Positions 35,569-48,462 of a stretch of 64,000 bases of DNA are shown piece by piece (the stretch's first letter is position 1; each line of letters opens with the position of its first letter). The position numbers and the translations under genes were made by a program. The notes under the pieces are model-generated. The model did no database searches, had not been told where the DNA came from, and saw only the letters and a program-made list of their open reading frames with translations. The stretch lies in NCBI GenBank assembly GCA_040285825.1, contig JAUPSS010000002.1:2790001-2854000 (forward strand). Reading direction: 5' to 3'. The stretch comes from Eukaryota sp. TZLM1-RC (lineage: Eukaryota > Protista > Metamonada: BaSk clade).

Positions 35569-35671
35569 TCTTACAGATAATGTCTATAATAATGGAGTAA
35601 CTGTCCAGAAAATGTCTTTGATATTGAAGGATTGAGTGTTTGGGAATTGGACCTTGATCTAAAATCCAAAT

Positions 35672-36291
35672 TCATTTATTAAACCAACAACCATCGCTCA
35701 GTTGTTCACGATCCTGTTAGAGACCAACTATACGCTATGTGCAAAAGTCATCACATTGAAGCTTTTGTTGAACCACTTGTGCGAAGGTTGTCATCTGAAA
35801 ATGAAGACGAAAATACTTTTGGGAAACGCCGTGCTGATTTAATTACCCCTGGGTCTGATGGTGTGATCAAAGTTGTTGATGTTGTCACTGTTGATGTTTG
35901 TAAAGACTCAGCAATTGATTTTGCTAAAAAGGATGAAACTCCACTTTGCTTTGCTGAAAAGAGCAAAATCAAAAAGTACAATGAACCCTTATCTCAGCTA
36001 GGATGTGTTGAGCATGTCAAGTATCAGCTGGTTCCATTTGATGTTTCTCTTTTTGGTAACATTGGAATATCTGGCATTAAATTTCTCGAAGGTTTCAGAA
36101 GTTTAATAAAAGAAAGAGCAGGAAAAGAATTGAACTTCAATTTTTGGCACAATAGAATTGTTTTCAGTATTCTTAAAGCAATTCCAGAAATGTTGACCAA
36201 AGCACTGTTACAATTAGGAATAGAGTATGAAAATCGCGCGCTTAAAAGATTTGATGATGTTGATGCGTGTATTGAGGATATTGAGTTCTAG
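35672..36291 (+). mobile_element. RLE non-LTR retrotransposon 3' part (intact endonuclease reading frame)
   Basis: HDPVRDQLYAMCKSH, EPL, RRADLI..VVDVVTVD, AEKSKIKKY, PFDVSLFG, ending IEDIEF*. Confidence 0.88.
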
Positions 36292-36309
36292 TTTTTTTGT
36301 TTAACCAAC

Positions 36310-37030
36310 AATATTTGGCTTGATAATCTTCCCCATGATTTAATTTGTAAATGATGAAAGATTGTCACTTCTACCCATTTATTTAATTGTAATCGTTTTA
36401 TTACTCTTAAATCAAAAGTGCATGAAGCTGTTCGTGATCAGCTCTACTGCATGTTTTAATCCCACAAGATTAAATTTTTTGGAACGCTTGCTGTCCAATA
36501 TGGCTGATGAAGGTGACAGAATCTCTTTTGGTTATAGCCGCAGTGATGTGCTAGTTTCCGCTCTTGATGGATCAATGATCATTATTGATGTCAGATCTAC
36601 TGATGTACCAAACAGCCCAAACAAAAAACTGGCACAATCTCATAATTCACCTTTACGTAGAGCTGAAGAAGCGAAAATTATCAATGCTGAAAAAATCAAT
36701 AATTTGAATTCCAACTCACATACTCAAGAACTTTCTTTGTCCTTTTCCTTTTTGTTTATTTGGAACCTTCGGTAAAACTGCGTTATCTTTTTGGACGATT
36801 TTTCATCTATTGTCAAAAATAGAACTAAAAGAATATTGGACAGAACTTTTGGCAAAACAGAATTGTTTTTTGTATTTTTGAAGGAATCCTTAGCCTGGTT
36901 TCTAGTTCGTTGTTATCACTAGAAAATGAAGAAGATGTTGTAGGTAAATTTTCAATATTACATGTGGAGTTTCAGGAAATTGATTTTTAGTTTTTAGCAT
37001 TTTCATTTGAATAAAATAAGTTTAAAAAAA
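36310..37030 (+). mobile_element. Degenerate RLE retrotransposon 3' part with A-tail
   Basis: WLDNLPHDLICK, VHEAVRDQLYC, RSDVLV..IIDVRSTD, AEEAK, WQNRIVF, ending FQEIDF* (36990); AATAAA and an A7 tail. Confidence 0.82.
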
Positions 37031-37661
37031 TCCAATTGGATATCCATTCTTCATTACAACTCCAAGCACTATTGAGCTGCCACATCGTTTAAGATGGTCT
37101 GATAATCTCTTCTACAGAGATCTTCTTGACTACTCTCTTTTTAGTTCCTCCCTGTCAATAACAACAGTACATCAATTACCTTTGAATCGTAAAAATGAAG
37201 ATTCGAAAGGTTCCGTTGAAGGTTTGATTTCATCAGAATGATCATTGTTCAACGAAATACATAATACAAGATGTCGATTATGAAAGAGTTGCTGAATTGA
37301 AGAGACTCAATTGTGAAAGATAACCTTCTATGTAAAAGCTGCGCCTTTGATCAACAAAATCAAAGGGGTTTGCTTGAGGGAAAGCGTACAGTCTATGAAC
37401 TAGCACACAAAACGAATCACAGTTGAAATGCGCCAACTATTCCGATTTTCCAATCGTTCCTCATATACTGGCTTTAGCCTTACTACAGGATAATATAAGG
37501 AACTTACACCACTGCCAATATCCTTGAACACTTTTTGTGTCTCTTCTTCAATAGTTGTTACTGTTTAGGCCGACTTCTGCATTTGTTTCAATGTAACAAA
37601 GCAACCCTTACCCTTCGCTTAGTTCCAGGCTGGTTAAGTTTTATTGCTTTGGTTTGTTCCA

Positions 37662-38021
37662 TTTCTGCTCTTCCTTTTCCCACCATGATTACCTCTTCCC
37701 TCACCACTGCGATATCCTCACTATTCTCAGACCTACAGAACCCCTGCAACCCGATTCATCAAAGATCTAGTGAGGAGAAGGCGCATTTGCCAACAATTGT
37801 CAACATGTACGTTTGTCTCACTTGCTGGCTAATCACTAACCAGGTAAGCTTTGTTAGAGAAGAAGAGTGCAGTTGCCAAACAATCTCAGGGTGATGAAGA
37901 AGATAAAGGTGAAAAGGAAAACCATGAGAGAAGCTACCTTTCATTACTTCAAGCTCTTTGCTCTCTCCTTAATTCTCCACAATTAACTAGGGTTTTTATT
38001 GATAATTCTGATTTAAATTCT
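37662..38021 (+). pseudogene. Inverted duplicated 5' fragment of CAP-D2 (frameshifted)
   Basis: Matches CAP-D2 35357-34992 (SALPF.TMITSSLTTA...DLNSF) with a small deletion near 37860. Confidence 0.9.
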
Positions 38022-39304
38022 TTCAAAAGAAACCAGCTTTGCCTTCAACTCCTAAACTGCCTCATTCGTTCTAGTAACAATTCGTTTTTATTAACCCAAA
38101 AGTCGAAACAAGTGAGCAGTTCCTTGAGTACTGAACAATACTAATTATGAAGTTTAATATCCATTTTTTCTCGTTTTGAAATTCTTTAAATATGTTTTTA
38201 AAAGATATTTAAATGTAGGTTTGTTGTAGCTTATTAATAATTACCACTAATAGCATCAGGTTTATAATGAAATCCTTGAGATGTTCGTAGTTGGTATACG
38301 TCTATTTTTGTAAGGATTGTCCATAACTGGTTTCTATCAAAATATCGTCTTGAAGGTTTAATTCAATTTTCACTACAACCTGCCTCCACCAATTTTTTTA
38401 TCAGATCTTGCATCTTTTTCTTATTCCCATTTTCAAATCATATTTTGTCGTTTATTCATATCAGGGTTTAGAGTGCGTTTTAATCATTGGTAATAGTAAT
38501 TCATTTAAGGAAAGTGATTTGTCAAGCAACGTGTTTTTCTGAGACCAAAGCAATCTCTATTCCTGCAATTTTTTCATATAATTCTATTTTACATTTACCA
38601 GTTTAGGAGACTCAAGTTCAATCAACTTCTTTTTTTATTTTTCTATAGAAGATTGGTCTTGGTAATTTTAACATTGATTCTGCAACAATCACATGAAAAG
38701 TTATTATGTTCGGTTGAAATTAGATAATAACCCCTATAATCAAATACAAAACAATCAGATTGAAACACAATAACCTCTCACATCTGGATCTGATTACTGA
38801 CCCCTTTGGCATTTGAAATACCTATCTGGTCACGTATTTTCTTTTCTCTTCACATTCACCTTCAATTTTTTATTGATATCTACGGGTATCAGAAATTTTC
38901 TTTACAAAACAAGCATTTTTTTTCGAAAAAAAAGCAACAATTCTTTTCCAATAATACTTTTTAGGGATTTGCATCCTAATTATGAATATATTCACAACAT
39001 GAGTTCACATTGTATTAAATTTTCTTCATTGAGCCACATTAGCTTGGATTATTTATTTTTTAATATTTTTTTGCAAACATCAATGCAGCAGTCAGAGTCC
39101 GCATTCACCTTCAAATTTTCATGGGTTACTACGGTAACCTTACTACTCATAAGGCTAAGAAACCACTTGATGAATTGACCTTGTCAATGCTAAGTTTATG
39201 ATTATAAAACAGGAGAATTTGCGGTTTGTTCAATTTTAGGTCGGCCGACCTAATTTTGGTTTTTGATCTGATTATGGTTAATTTAAGCGGAACCTTTTTT
39301 TTCA

Positions 39305-41272
39305 ATGAACTTCATTAAGGTGGCCGTCAGAGTACGGCCTCTTTTTGCCGCTAAATCAGAACGCTGCTGGCGCTCCGATCAAACCACTCTGTCTTCTAAT
39401 ATGTCTTCCACAGTCTACAATTTTGACAATGTCTTTAATGAATCTGAAAACAACTCATCCCTCTACAACTCTCTTGTCTCTCCCATCGTGTCACAAGCTA
39501 TTGAGGGCTTCCATGGTACCGTTTTTGCTTATGGACAAACTGCTGCTGGTAAAACTCACAGTATGATGAGTTCTCATGACGATCCAGGAGTTGTTTATCG
39601 TGCTCTTTCTGACATTTTTGATCACATTGAAGCTTTTTTTGACCGCCATTACCTCGTCCGTGTTTCCTTTATCGAAATCTACAATGAACATATTTTCGAT
39701 CTGCTTGAACCCCAGAACAAACCTTGTCTCCGTACAGATGCCCAAACTAACTCAGTGGTTCTCTGCTCTGTCCAAGAATTCGTAGTCATGTCAGTTGAAG
39801 GGGCATTGGAACTATTAGAAAAGGGGAACCAACGACGTCATGTAGGTGCTACAAGAATGAATGACAGAAGTTCTCGAAGTCATTCTATCTTTAGAATAAT
39901 TCTTGAATCACGGGACAAATCACCAAATTCTGATGGTGCAGTTAGAATTTCTCATTTAAATTTTGTTGATCTAGCTGGTAGTGAGAGAGCTTCTATTACT
40001 GGAGCTAAAGGAATTCAGTTGAGAGAAGCTGGTAGTATTAACAAGTCGCTCTTGGCACTAGGAACAGTCATTTCAAAATTACAATCAAATCCCGCTGGCG
40101 TTGTTAATTACCGAGATTCAAAGTTAACTCATGTATTATCCAATGCTTTGGGAGGTAATTCTTTAACCGTATTGATTTGCTGCATCAATCCCCATGTAAA
40201 GCATTTTGAAGTTACCAAAAGTACTTTGGATTTCGCAATGCGGGCTAAACAAGTTCAAAATAGAGCAAAGATTAATGAAGTTTTGGATGATAGAGCTTTA
40301 TTAAAACGATATGAAAATGAAATTAAAGAATTGAAGGAAAAGAATTTACAATTATTACTAAATCAACGTCTTATTGATGAAGAACCAAAACCTAGTTCTT
40401 TTAATAGACGACTTACTTGGTGTCCTTCACTCAATACTGCTAACCGAAAATTTCAAAAGATGAGCCCTTCTATGTCACCCATGAGACCAGCACCAAGACC
40501 TTCGCTTGCTCCCAAATTTTCTGTTGATTCACCAAATTTTCAGATTCCACCAGAAAAGAGATCAAGTATTGCACCTTCTTCGCCAACTCTAGAACAGTTT
40601 GAAATGTTCAAAAGACCTTCCCAGACTCCAATCAATAATGATATTTTAATTGATGGTTATCAAGAAAATAGTTCTCAAGCTGAAATTATCAAAAAACAAG
40701 CTGCTGAGTTGGATAAATTAAAAGAAGAATTGAAAGATGAAAGGAACATGGTTGCTGATTTAAAAGCAGATTATGAATTAATTCAATTGCAAAAAGAAGA
40801 AGAAATTAGTTCAATCAAATCAGAAAAACAATCAGAAATTGAGGAATTGAAATCTGAAAATGGATCTCTTTTGGCTAACAAAGGAGAAGCTTATTTAGAA
40901 TTAGAGAAGCAATTATGTGAAAAAAATCAGGAAATTGTTTATTTAAATCAATTAAATGAAGCATTAACCCAAAATGCTATCAATTTAGAATCTTCTTTAA
41001 TATCTGCAAGAGATGAACTTGAATGTAAAGAAGCTTTATTATCAACTAGTCAATCCCAATCAATTTTCAATCAAAAAGTTGAAATTGATAAACTTAATCA
41101 AGAAATAACCTCCTTAAAAAACAAAGTGAGGGAGCTCAAGGCCGTCAATTTTGTTCTTCTGGAGAGCAAAGAGCACCAACATTTGGAAATAAAGTATGTA
41201 AAGGCTGCGAACGGTCTTCTGTTCAAGAGTAAAGCCCATCAACATTTGTGTAAGAAAAACCATAAAAAATAA
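39305..41272 (+). CDS. CENPE: CENP-E-like kinesin-7, copy 3 (all motor motifs canonical)
   Basis: GQTAAGKT, EIYNE, SSRSH, DLAGSER and RRLTWCP; 655 aa; AATAAA after the stop. Confidence 0.9.
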   Translation: MNFIKVAVRVRPLFAAKSERCWRSDQTTLSSNMSSTVYNFDNVFNESENNSSLYNSLVSPIVSQAIEGFHGTVFAYGQTAAGKTHSMMSSHDDPGVVYRALSDIFDHIEAFFDRHYLVRVSFIEIYNEHIFDLLEPQNKPCLRTDAQTNSVVLCSVQEFVVMSVEGALELLEKGNQRRHVGATRMNDRSSRSHSIFRIILESRDKSPNSDGAVRISHLNFVDLAGSERASITGAKGIQLREAGSINKSLLALGTVISKLQSNPAGVVNYRDSKLTHVLSNALGGNSLTVLICCINPHVKHFEVTKSTLDFAMRAKQVQNRAKINEVLDDRALLKRYENEIKELKEKNLQLLLNQRLIDEEPKPSSFNRRLTWCPSLNTANRKFQKMSPSMSPMRPAPRPSLAPKFSVDSPNFQIPPEKRSSIAPSSPTLEQFEMFKRPSQTPINNDILIDGYQENSSQAEIIKKQAAELDKLKEELKDERNMVADLKADYELIQLQKEEEISSIKSEKQSEIEELKSENGSLLANKGEAYLELEKQLCEKNQEIVYLNQLNEALTQNAINLESSLISARDELECKEALLSTSQSQSIFNQKVEIDKLNQEITSLKNKVRELKAVNFVLLESKEHQHLEIKYVKAANGLLFKSKAHQHLCKKNHKK

Positions 41273-41339
41273 ATTTTGTTTTTTCTTTTTTTAATAAACA
41301 ATATTTTTATTTTCTACGTAATTACAAAACAAAACAAAT

Positions 41340-41660
41340 TAAAACACATAAGAAACAAAATTCTCCACATCAACTCTTGACGAATATTTATACAGCTTGA
41401 ATATCATTAAAATTAAATACTTCTATACAACGCAAAAATGACACGATTCTTCCATAAATACCCAACAAAATTCTTACCCTTTGAACGACAAAGAATATCA
41501 AAATCATTGTGAAAATTCAAATCAGACTTACCAATATTACCAAAAATGGAGAAGGCAAAAGGAACAAAGGAAAACTTCGAGTAGAGATTTTTCATTTAAA
41601 GCATTGAATAACTCATCATATTTGTCTCGTTTACGAACTTCAGCTTTCCTTTCCTTTTTT
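41340..41660 (-). mobile_element. RLE retrotransposon 3' fragment (further family)
   Basis: AEVRKRDKY, FVPFAFSIFGNIGK, LWKNRVIFALY. Confidence 0.72.
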
Positions 41661-44600
41661 TTGATAATTATTATATTTTTTCTTCAACTTTTAAAGACTT
41701 TTTCAGACAACTAGACATGTCGATTTTTCCAAAAGAAAAAAAATGATTTTTTTGACTTATAAAGAATTTGCACATACTAAAGTGTTGGACCAATTAACTT
41801 CTTTTGCTCTTATGTAATTGATTTGTCAAAATACTGTTTTCTAATTTGTTTCAGCTTCAATTCATCAGTGAGTTTTTAACTAGAAGATGAACCATTCTTG
41901 CACTACAAGAATTAACTTTGGTAGCTTTGCGATTATTTGTTGACTTTTCTCGTCAAGAAATGATTCGAAATTCCACAAATATGAAAAAAGCGAAGGATAA
42001 ACAAAAAGTTGGTAGACATCTCCCCAAAATTGGTGAAAATGAATTGAACTCAGAAACAACAAATTTTTTAATGACATTGATTCCAATTTTCAGAGAAGTT
42101 ATATGCCCGATTTCAAAAAAAACAATGAAAAAGTATTATTTCAGTAAGTTGAGACTCTTTTATTAAGGCATGAAGATGTCAAAGGTGACAAAGTACTAAG
42201 TGTATATTGAAAACATAGACTTTACAAAAGATTCGACTCAATGCCAGTGGATGGTCCTCATTATTGTAAATTACCAGGGTGCAAAAATGAGAAATATATA
42301 AAGGTAAAGACATTCCGAAAAACCAGAAATTGGGGGTAACTTGTGAGTTTTCTTTTGTGTTTTTAAATAAGGTGAATAATCTGACTTTTGGTTTTTTCGT
42401 TTTTTTTGTTTTTTTTTGTTTTTTTTTCTCATTTTTTCTGTGGGACGTGATTGCCTTTTCTATGTTTGTTTCAAACACAATTTTTTATGAGGTACAATTA
42501 GTTCATCATTTTGCCACAACAGATTGTAGGCATTTGAACTATTCGATTGAGTACACGAATCAATAGGTCATCGGATCAGATATTCGGAAACATTGTGTGT
42601 TATTCATCGCAAGGTTTATGAAACTTATTAAGTGTGAAGAATATTTGGAAAATCAACCTAAGTACAAGTTGGAAAAACATCTGCCAGACATTTTTCACCT
42701 TTTCAGATTCTGTTTGAAAAATGTTAACAATTTTTTGACATTTGCAAAACAAGTTGAATCAATATGATAATCGTCACTTGTAACAATTTAGTTTATTCTT
42801 CAACAATTCATTGTTATGAAAAAGTATTCAAGTATTTCAAATTCACCAACCGATACCGTGTTTAAAATTTCACAATAAGCAATTGAAAAAGATGACATGT
42901 TTTTATTTGATATATTGTAAATAACAGTTTTAAAATTAATACTGTTACTGCAATATGTGATTTTTCATTTGGGTGAAACTTTTGCTTTGTCCAGGAATTT
43001 TTATCCATTAAATTTAATTTTAAATAGAATTTGTCAGTTTATTATGAAAATAATCACTCAAAGAGCATTGGGGAATGGAAGTTTTGGTTAGATGAACATG
43101 ACCCAAAGGCTGTGAATAATTACCAATTTAGAGAGGCAATTTTTAAAAGAACAACAAAAACAATGAGACAAACCAAGTCTATAATTTATCTCTATGGAGG
43201 TTATACAGCATGCAGAATCATAGCATTGGGGGAAATTTTTCCCTATTTACACAGTTCCTTTTTTGAGGAGCAATCACAAAAACTGACCACTATCCACATT
43301 CTGAGCAATCATATCATTAAATATATTCAGAGAAGCCAGTTCATTTTTTGAACAGCAGTCTTCATCCATTTTCAATGAATTTACAATTCTTGTTATTTCA
43401 AGTTAATCGTGACACGTAGTGGCTAAACTCTTTGTTCCCACAAAAGCGGATTGGTATAAAAAAGAGAATTTTGTGAATCCAACATTTCCCATATTTGCTG
43501 CAGAAAATAAGTGATTTTTCAACATTCCTAGATGTAGATCCAATAAATTAGAAAAAAAATTTTTCCTGAAAGCATTGTAGAATCGAAAAGAATCTAATGC
43601 TTTGGAAGGAGCACGAGATCTCAAAATTTCTTCCCATTTAGCAAATTTGAAACACTTTTTCCGTAATTGAATCCATCCAATACCTCAAGTACGTCGTTGT
43701 TGTTTCACATTATTAAAAACGCTTTTACTTTTATCACTCATTATTATTATTATTGCTGAAATGTTTTTTGGGTTGCCAAACTGCTGAAGTGATTTTGGGT
43801 AATTAACTATCGGTCTTTTGCTAGCATTCTACAACTACAAATGCTCCACAAATCAGAACAGGATTAAAACAAGATGCAACCAAGAAAATAGTTCTAAAAA
43901 GCGTTGAGAAATCAATTCCTTGATGTAAGATTATTATTACTTAAGTAATTGCATAAGTTATTCAATTATTTGAACTATTACTTACAATGAATGACAATAA
44001 TATAATTATCACATTGAAAAATGGTAGGGCGCTTTGAGTAAGTGTTTAACAATGGTACGTAAAATACACCAAAAAAGGACACTGTTTAAATAGAAAAAAA
44101 TACAATAATTCTTTTAAAAAACGGTTTCTATCTGTTTCATATCATAAACATCTTTTTTTGGTTTAAGAAGCTACTAACGCAAAGATGTTGGTGCTCAAGA
44201 TGTAATGTCTGGGAATTATGTGAATGCTGAAAATCAAGAACAGACATTGGTAAGCAGCTCAGTGTTTCAAAAACTGCTCATTTGATAATACTGGTGTCCG
44301 AACAATGTGAAATACACAGAGATTGAATTTTGTTAGAATCAAACTGCAATTGCATTGTCCAAAATTCACTCTATAACTGGAGGTGCTGTAACTGTGGTTT
44401 AAAAGAAAAAATAAATATATGGAATATATATTCATTAAATTTTAAGGAAAATTTAATTTGAATTAATGAATCACTTACTTAATGAATTGAATCAACATAG
44501 CGGTCAGAATTCGACCACTCTTTGTCAATGACTCACAAAATTTTTGACGTTCCGATCTGAACACTCTGTCCCCAAAAAGGTATTCCCCCATCTTTAACTT

Positions 44601-44699
44601 AATGGCAAAAAATTAATGAAGAAATAATACCAGTCCATTAACAAATGAATGATGCCAAAGCAACCATTCGACTGAAGAATCTAACCATCACTAGTCTTT

Positions 44700-45690
44700 C
44701 GTAATTTCAACACAAACAAATCTGGCGCAAACGCAGTTTTGAGACAAATGGCTGATGAAATGGAATGGAAAGCTTGGATTATGAAGTAAGACTTGGCTTG
44801 GCCAAAACTCAAAATCCCGTTTTCGGAAATTTTTAAAGGACATTCGTACTAGTTTTGCTGGTGCTTTAGTAACTCAAATTCCCTCTGTTTATGTACTTTT
44901 GTTAAAAAACAATGAATGGCTTTTCAACATGCGTTTTCGTTGTTTCTATGGCCAAACAATTTGCCCAATCATTTAACTTGTAAATACGGTAAACCTATTG
45001 TGTTTATTCATCTTTTGAATTGTAAACATTTGATTACATTTAGAAAGTGCATAATAATGTCAGGGAACAAATTTATGTAATGTGCAAATCATATCGAGTA
45101 GATTCCTTTTTAGAGCCGTTGTTATCGAAATTAATTCTTGATGACCCCAATATTGATAGTACGGGCTACAATAGAGCTTCTATGGGTCTGACAAGAGGTG
45201 ATCTGGTTGTGCGCGGCTTAAATGGTAGTTTTACTATTTTAGACGCCATGTCCATTGACCCTTGTAATTCTTCAAACGAACATTTCATTAACTCAGAAGT
45301 AAATAATTCTTTTCTCGCTGGCGAAAAATATAGAATTGCTAAATATTCGAAACCCATTTCCTCAACTAATGAAAATTCTCATACTTCAATATAATTGATG
45401 TGTCTTTGTTTTTTCTTTGCTTGGATCTCTAGGCAAGGCTGCTATGGTTTTTTTTGAGGATTTTGTTTCAGCTCTAAAGGAAAGAACTGGAAGAATTTTC
45501 AATCGTGTTTACTGCCAAAACAGCATTGTAGTTTCTATTTCTAAAAGAATGGTGAACCTAATTTCTGATTCACTGTCTTCTTTTGGGAAATTTTCTGAAT
45601 CTTTAGCAATTGATTGTTTTGAAGTAGGGGAGGCAGATTTTGAGGATGTGGAGTTTTAGTTGTGTATTTTATGTTTTGATATTCCTTATC
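44700..45690 (+). mobile_element. Degenerate RLE retrotransposon (mirror of 14420-15400)
   Basis: HNNVRE, RGDLVV, LDAMSIDP, ending FEVGEADFEDVEF*. Confidence 0.88.
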
Positions 45691-47241
45691 AGATAAATAA
45701 ATAAGCGTTTTGAGAAAAGAGACAAAATGGTATGTTATGTTCCGAGCTTCTTCCAAGTGGAAATCAATATAGTAAGAACTGAATATTCAATCCAATTTCA
45801 ACAACATTTTTTATATTAAATTGTTGGTTGGCTGAATATTTTTCCCAGCAACATAGTTCAACTTGTCAAAACAAGGGGAGTTGAAAACCAAATTTCTAAG
45901 AAATAGACTGAATGAATTAACCGTGTGACTGACAATCGAATTGTTGAATTTTCAATAATAATAATTCAAATAAACAACATAAATGGCCTGTTTGCGAACT
46001 CTATATTTAAGCTTTTGGAAATAAGTATCCAGATTTGCTTTCAAAAAATAAATTGATTTTATTATGAAAAGCGCAATTACGATCTATTTATTGATCTTCG
46101 AAGCTTCTTAAAAACTCAAAACTAATGGCACAAAATTCATTGAACCCAGATTTCCTCCACAGAGTCTTGATCTGCTTGCTGTCTCCCTAAAGCTTCTCTA
46201 ATAACCCAAAAAAATAATTACTACATGGAATTTATGTTGATAAAATTGTGCAAGCTGAAAAAGTTGTAAAAGCAACTCCTACATTTTGTTCTTATTGTGT
46301 TCCCTTATTACTTCGAACGTATAACGGTTGAAGCTTGTTATTTCGTGAAGTTAAAAAAATCCGTTACAAGAATAACTTTTAATAGAAACACAATCTGTAG
46401 CATTTGACCCTGGAATGTGGGTAGATTGTCTCTGAAACACAAATGTGAATCTAGAATTGCAGCAGATTTTTACTGTAGCAAGACAGAGGACCATTCAAAA
46501 AGCAGAAACCAGAATTAAATACATCTCGATCAAATTATGTGTTTTAAAGAACTTTGTGGAAAAAATACAGGAACACTTCACTTCTTTTTAAAACTGAATT
46601 TAACAAATTTTTAACAAAAAAACGAAAATTTCTACAATAGATTTAGTTACTCTCGAGAGGAACAAACTAATTTAAAATAAGAAAATTTTGACAGAAATTT
46701 TGAACAAAAAAGCATCAAAACCAAATTCAAAGAATGGCAGTTATGTAGAAGCTGAATCTGAATTATTTCAATAACCTACTTTGGGACAGGGAAAATTATT
46801 TGAATTTGAAGACCTAAAATATATATAAAAAGCATAACATTATTGAACTAAAGCACAAGGCAATATTATTAGGATCTCGGTTTAGAAAATCAGCACACCA
46901 AATGATTTGCCGATTCAAATGCTCAATTGGGATCCCAATTGATGTAGTAATTGGATTTGCTGATTGGAATAATACTGATATTGAACTCATAAGGATCGAG
47001 TACCAACTGTTAAAGGAAAAGCTATTAGACAACTGTTGAGACAAGCAAAATATTAATTTTGTTTAGTGGATGACATAGAATTATAGACCAGTTTAGCCCC
47101 GCTTGTTTGTCAATAGACGACTTGTGGAATGTGGTTTTGTTGGATAAGTGAAAACAGTGTGATTATAAAAGTTGTGTCAACCCCACAAAGCAATCCTCTC
47201 AATTTCCTTCTGCTATATTCCTTCCACTTTTGAACTTTTGA

Positions 47242-48462
47242 ATGGGAAAGAGCAAGTTCTACGCAGTCATTCGTGGTAAAGATAAGGCTCGTGGCATCTT
47301 TGAAGTTGATAAGAAGAAACAGTTTGACTTTTCCTTAGTACAGGGTGCTAAAGGGCAACAATTTCGAGGTTTTCCCACTGAACTAGAAGCTATTCTATAC
47401 TGGGAAAACAGAACGTCTCCTGGAGAAATTTACTATGGCATTGCAAGAGGTAGGGACCCTCAAGTCCCTGGTCGTACAGTTAAGAACCTTTTGATTACCA
47501 TCCCTTCACCTGAAAGCCATGGCAGCCTTAGCAAAGCAGACAGAGAGAGTTATCAAAATCGCATGTTTAGAGAAAAGGTAGAACCTTATACAAAAGATTG
47601 TCCCAATGTTTTGTACCGAAAGTTTAGACGTAAAGACGAAGCGACAACTTGGTTGGCAAAGCAGTGTGAAACATCAGATGAAGATGAAAATTACTATCTG
47701 TCTGACAGCTTGCCTAAACCAGCTACCAAGTTGCAAAGAGTTGAAATGGTTGATGTACTTCGGAAAATAAACCCTGATCAATCAGATTTGATTGTTTATA
47801 CTGCTGGTTGTGCAGTTGATAATCAATTCAATGTATTTTGTGGTTTTGGTATTACCATGTTTGGTATTGCTGTTGAAGCCCAGTCAACCTTTCCAATGCT
47901 CCATTTGTTTGGTCCCTGTAAAGGTGATATTAGGAATCGTGTTAGAGAAGATGTTGACTATTTGGATTTTGCTTCTTTTTATGGGTATTTAGCTGCGGTC
48001 AGGTTTCTAGCTCTTCATCCAGAATTATTACCAAAATTAGACTCATTTGGTAGTAAAGTGCGACCATTTATAGAGACTAGAACGAATTCTGATCTGTTGG
48101 CAAGAGTTATAAAAAAAGAAAAAGATGAAAGAAGCGATCTCAGAAGCCTATTATTGTCTCCAATTGTATCAGAAATTTTGCAAGTTTTAGATGGGGAACC
48201 ATTGTCCAACTATGATGTATTTGTTAGATATGTCAAGAATGTGAAAGAACTTCAGGGGAGCCAGGAAGTTGAACTCAATGCCCATCAAGGGGCCAGTGGT
48301 TTTAATTCTCCCTACTATGAGGAATTAATGTCCAATATTCCTCAAGATAGTATCCTAAATGGAACAGCGGAGAAAAAATTTTCTATTGATGAGTCAATTG
48401 ATTTGGATCAAGACAGCGATCTTGATCTCGCTCGTAGTGAACACAGTTCAGAAGAATATTGA
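47242..48462 (+). CDS. RNASEH1: RNase H1-like protein with two hybrid-binding domains; catalytic residues substituted (copy 2)
   Basis: 406 aa; three amino-acid differences from copy 1 (N/K, M/A, Y/H). Confidence 0.85.
   Translation: MGKSKFYAVIRGKDKARGIFEVDKKKQFDFSLVQGAKGQQFRGFPTELEAILYWENRTSPGEIYYGIARGRDPQVPGRTVKNLLITIPSPESHGSLSKADRESYQNRMFREKVEPYTKDCPNVLYRKFRRKDEATTWLAKQCETSDEDENYYLSDSLPKPATKLQRVEMVDVLRKINPDQSDLIVYTAGCAVDNQFNVFCGFGITMFGIAVEAQSTFPMLHLFGPCKGDIRNRVREDVDYLDFASFYGYLAAVRFLALHPELLPKLDSFGSKVRPFIETRTNSDLLARVIKKEKDERSDLRSLLLSPIVSEILQVLDGEPLSNYDVFVRYVKNVKELQGSQEVELNAHQGASGFNSPYYEELMSNIPQDSILNGTAEKKFSIDESIDLDQDSDLDLARSEHSSEEY

Noticed and set aside
35661-37035. AAAATCCAA as a TSD around two tandem retro fragments
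   Set aside because: Only 9 bp, A-rich, and it spans two different families; chance is likely.
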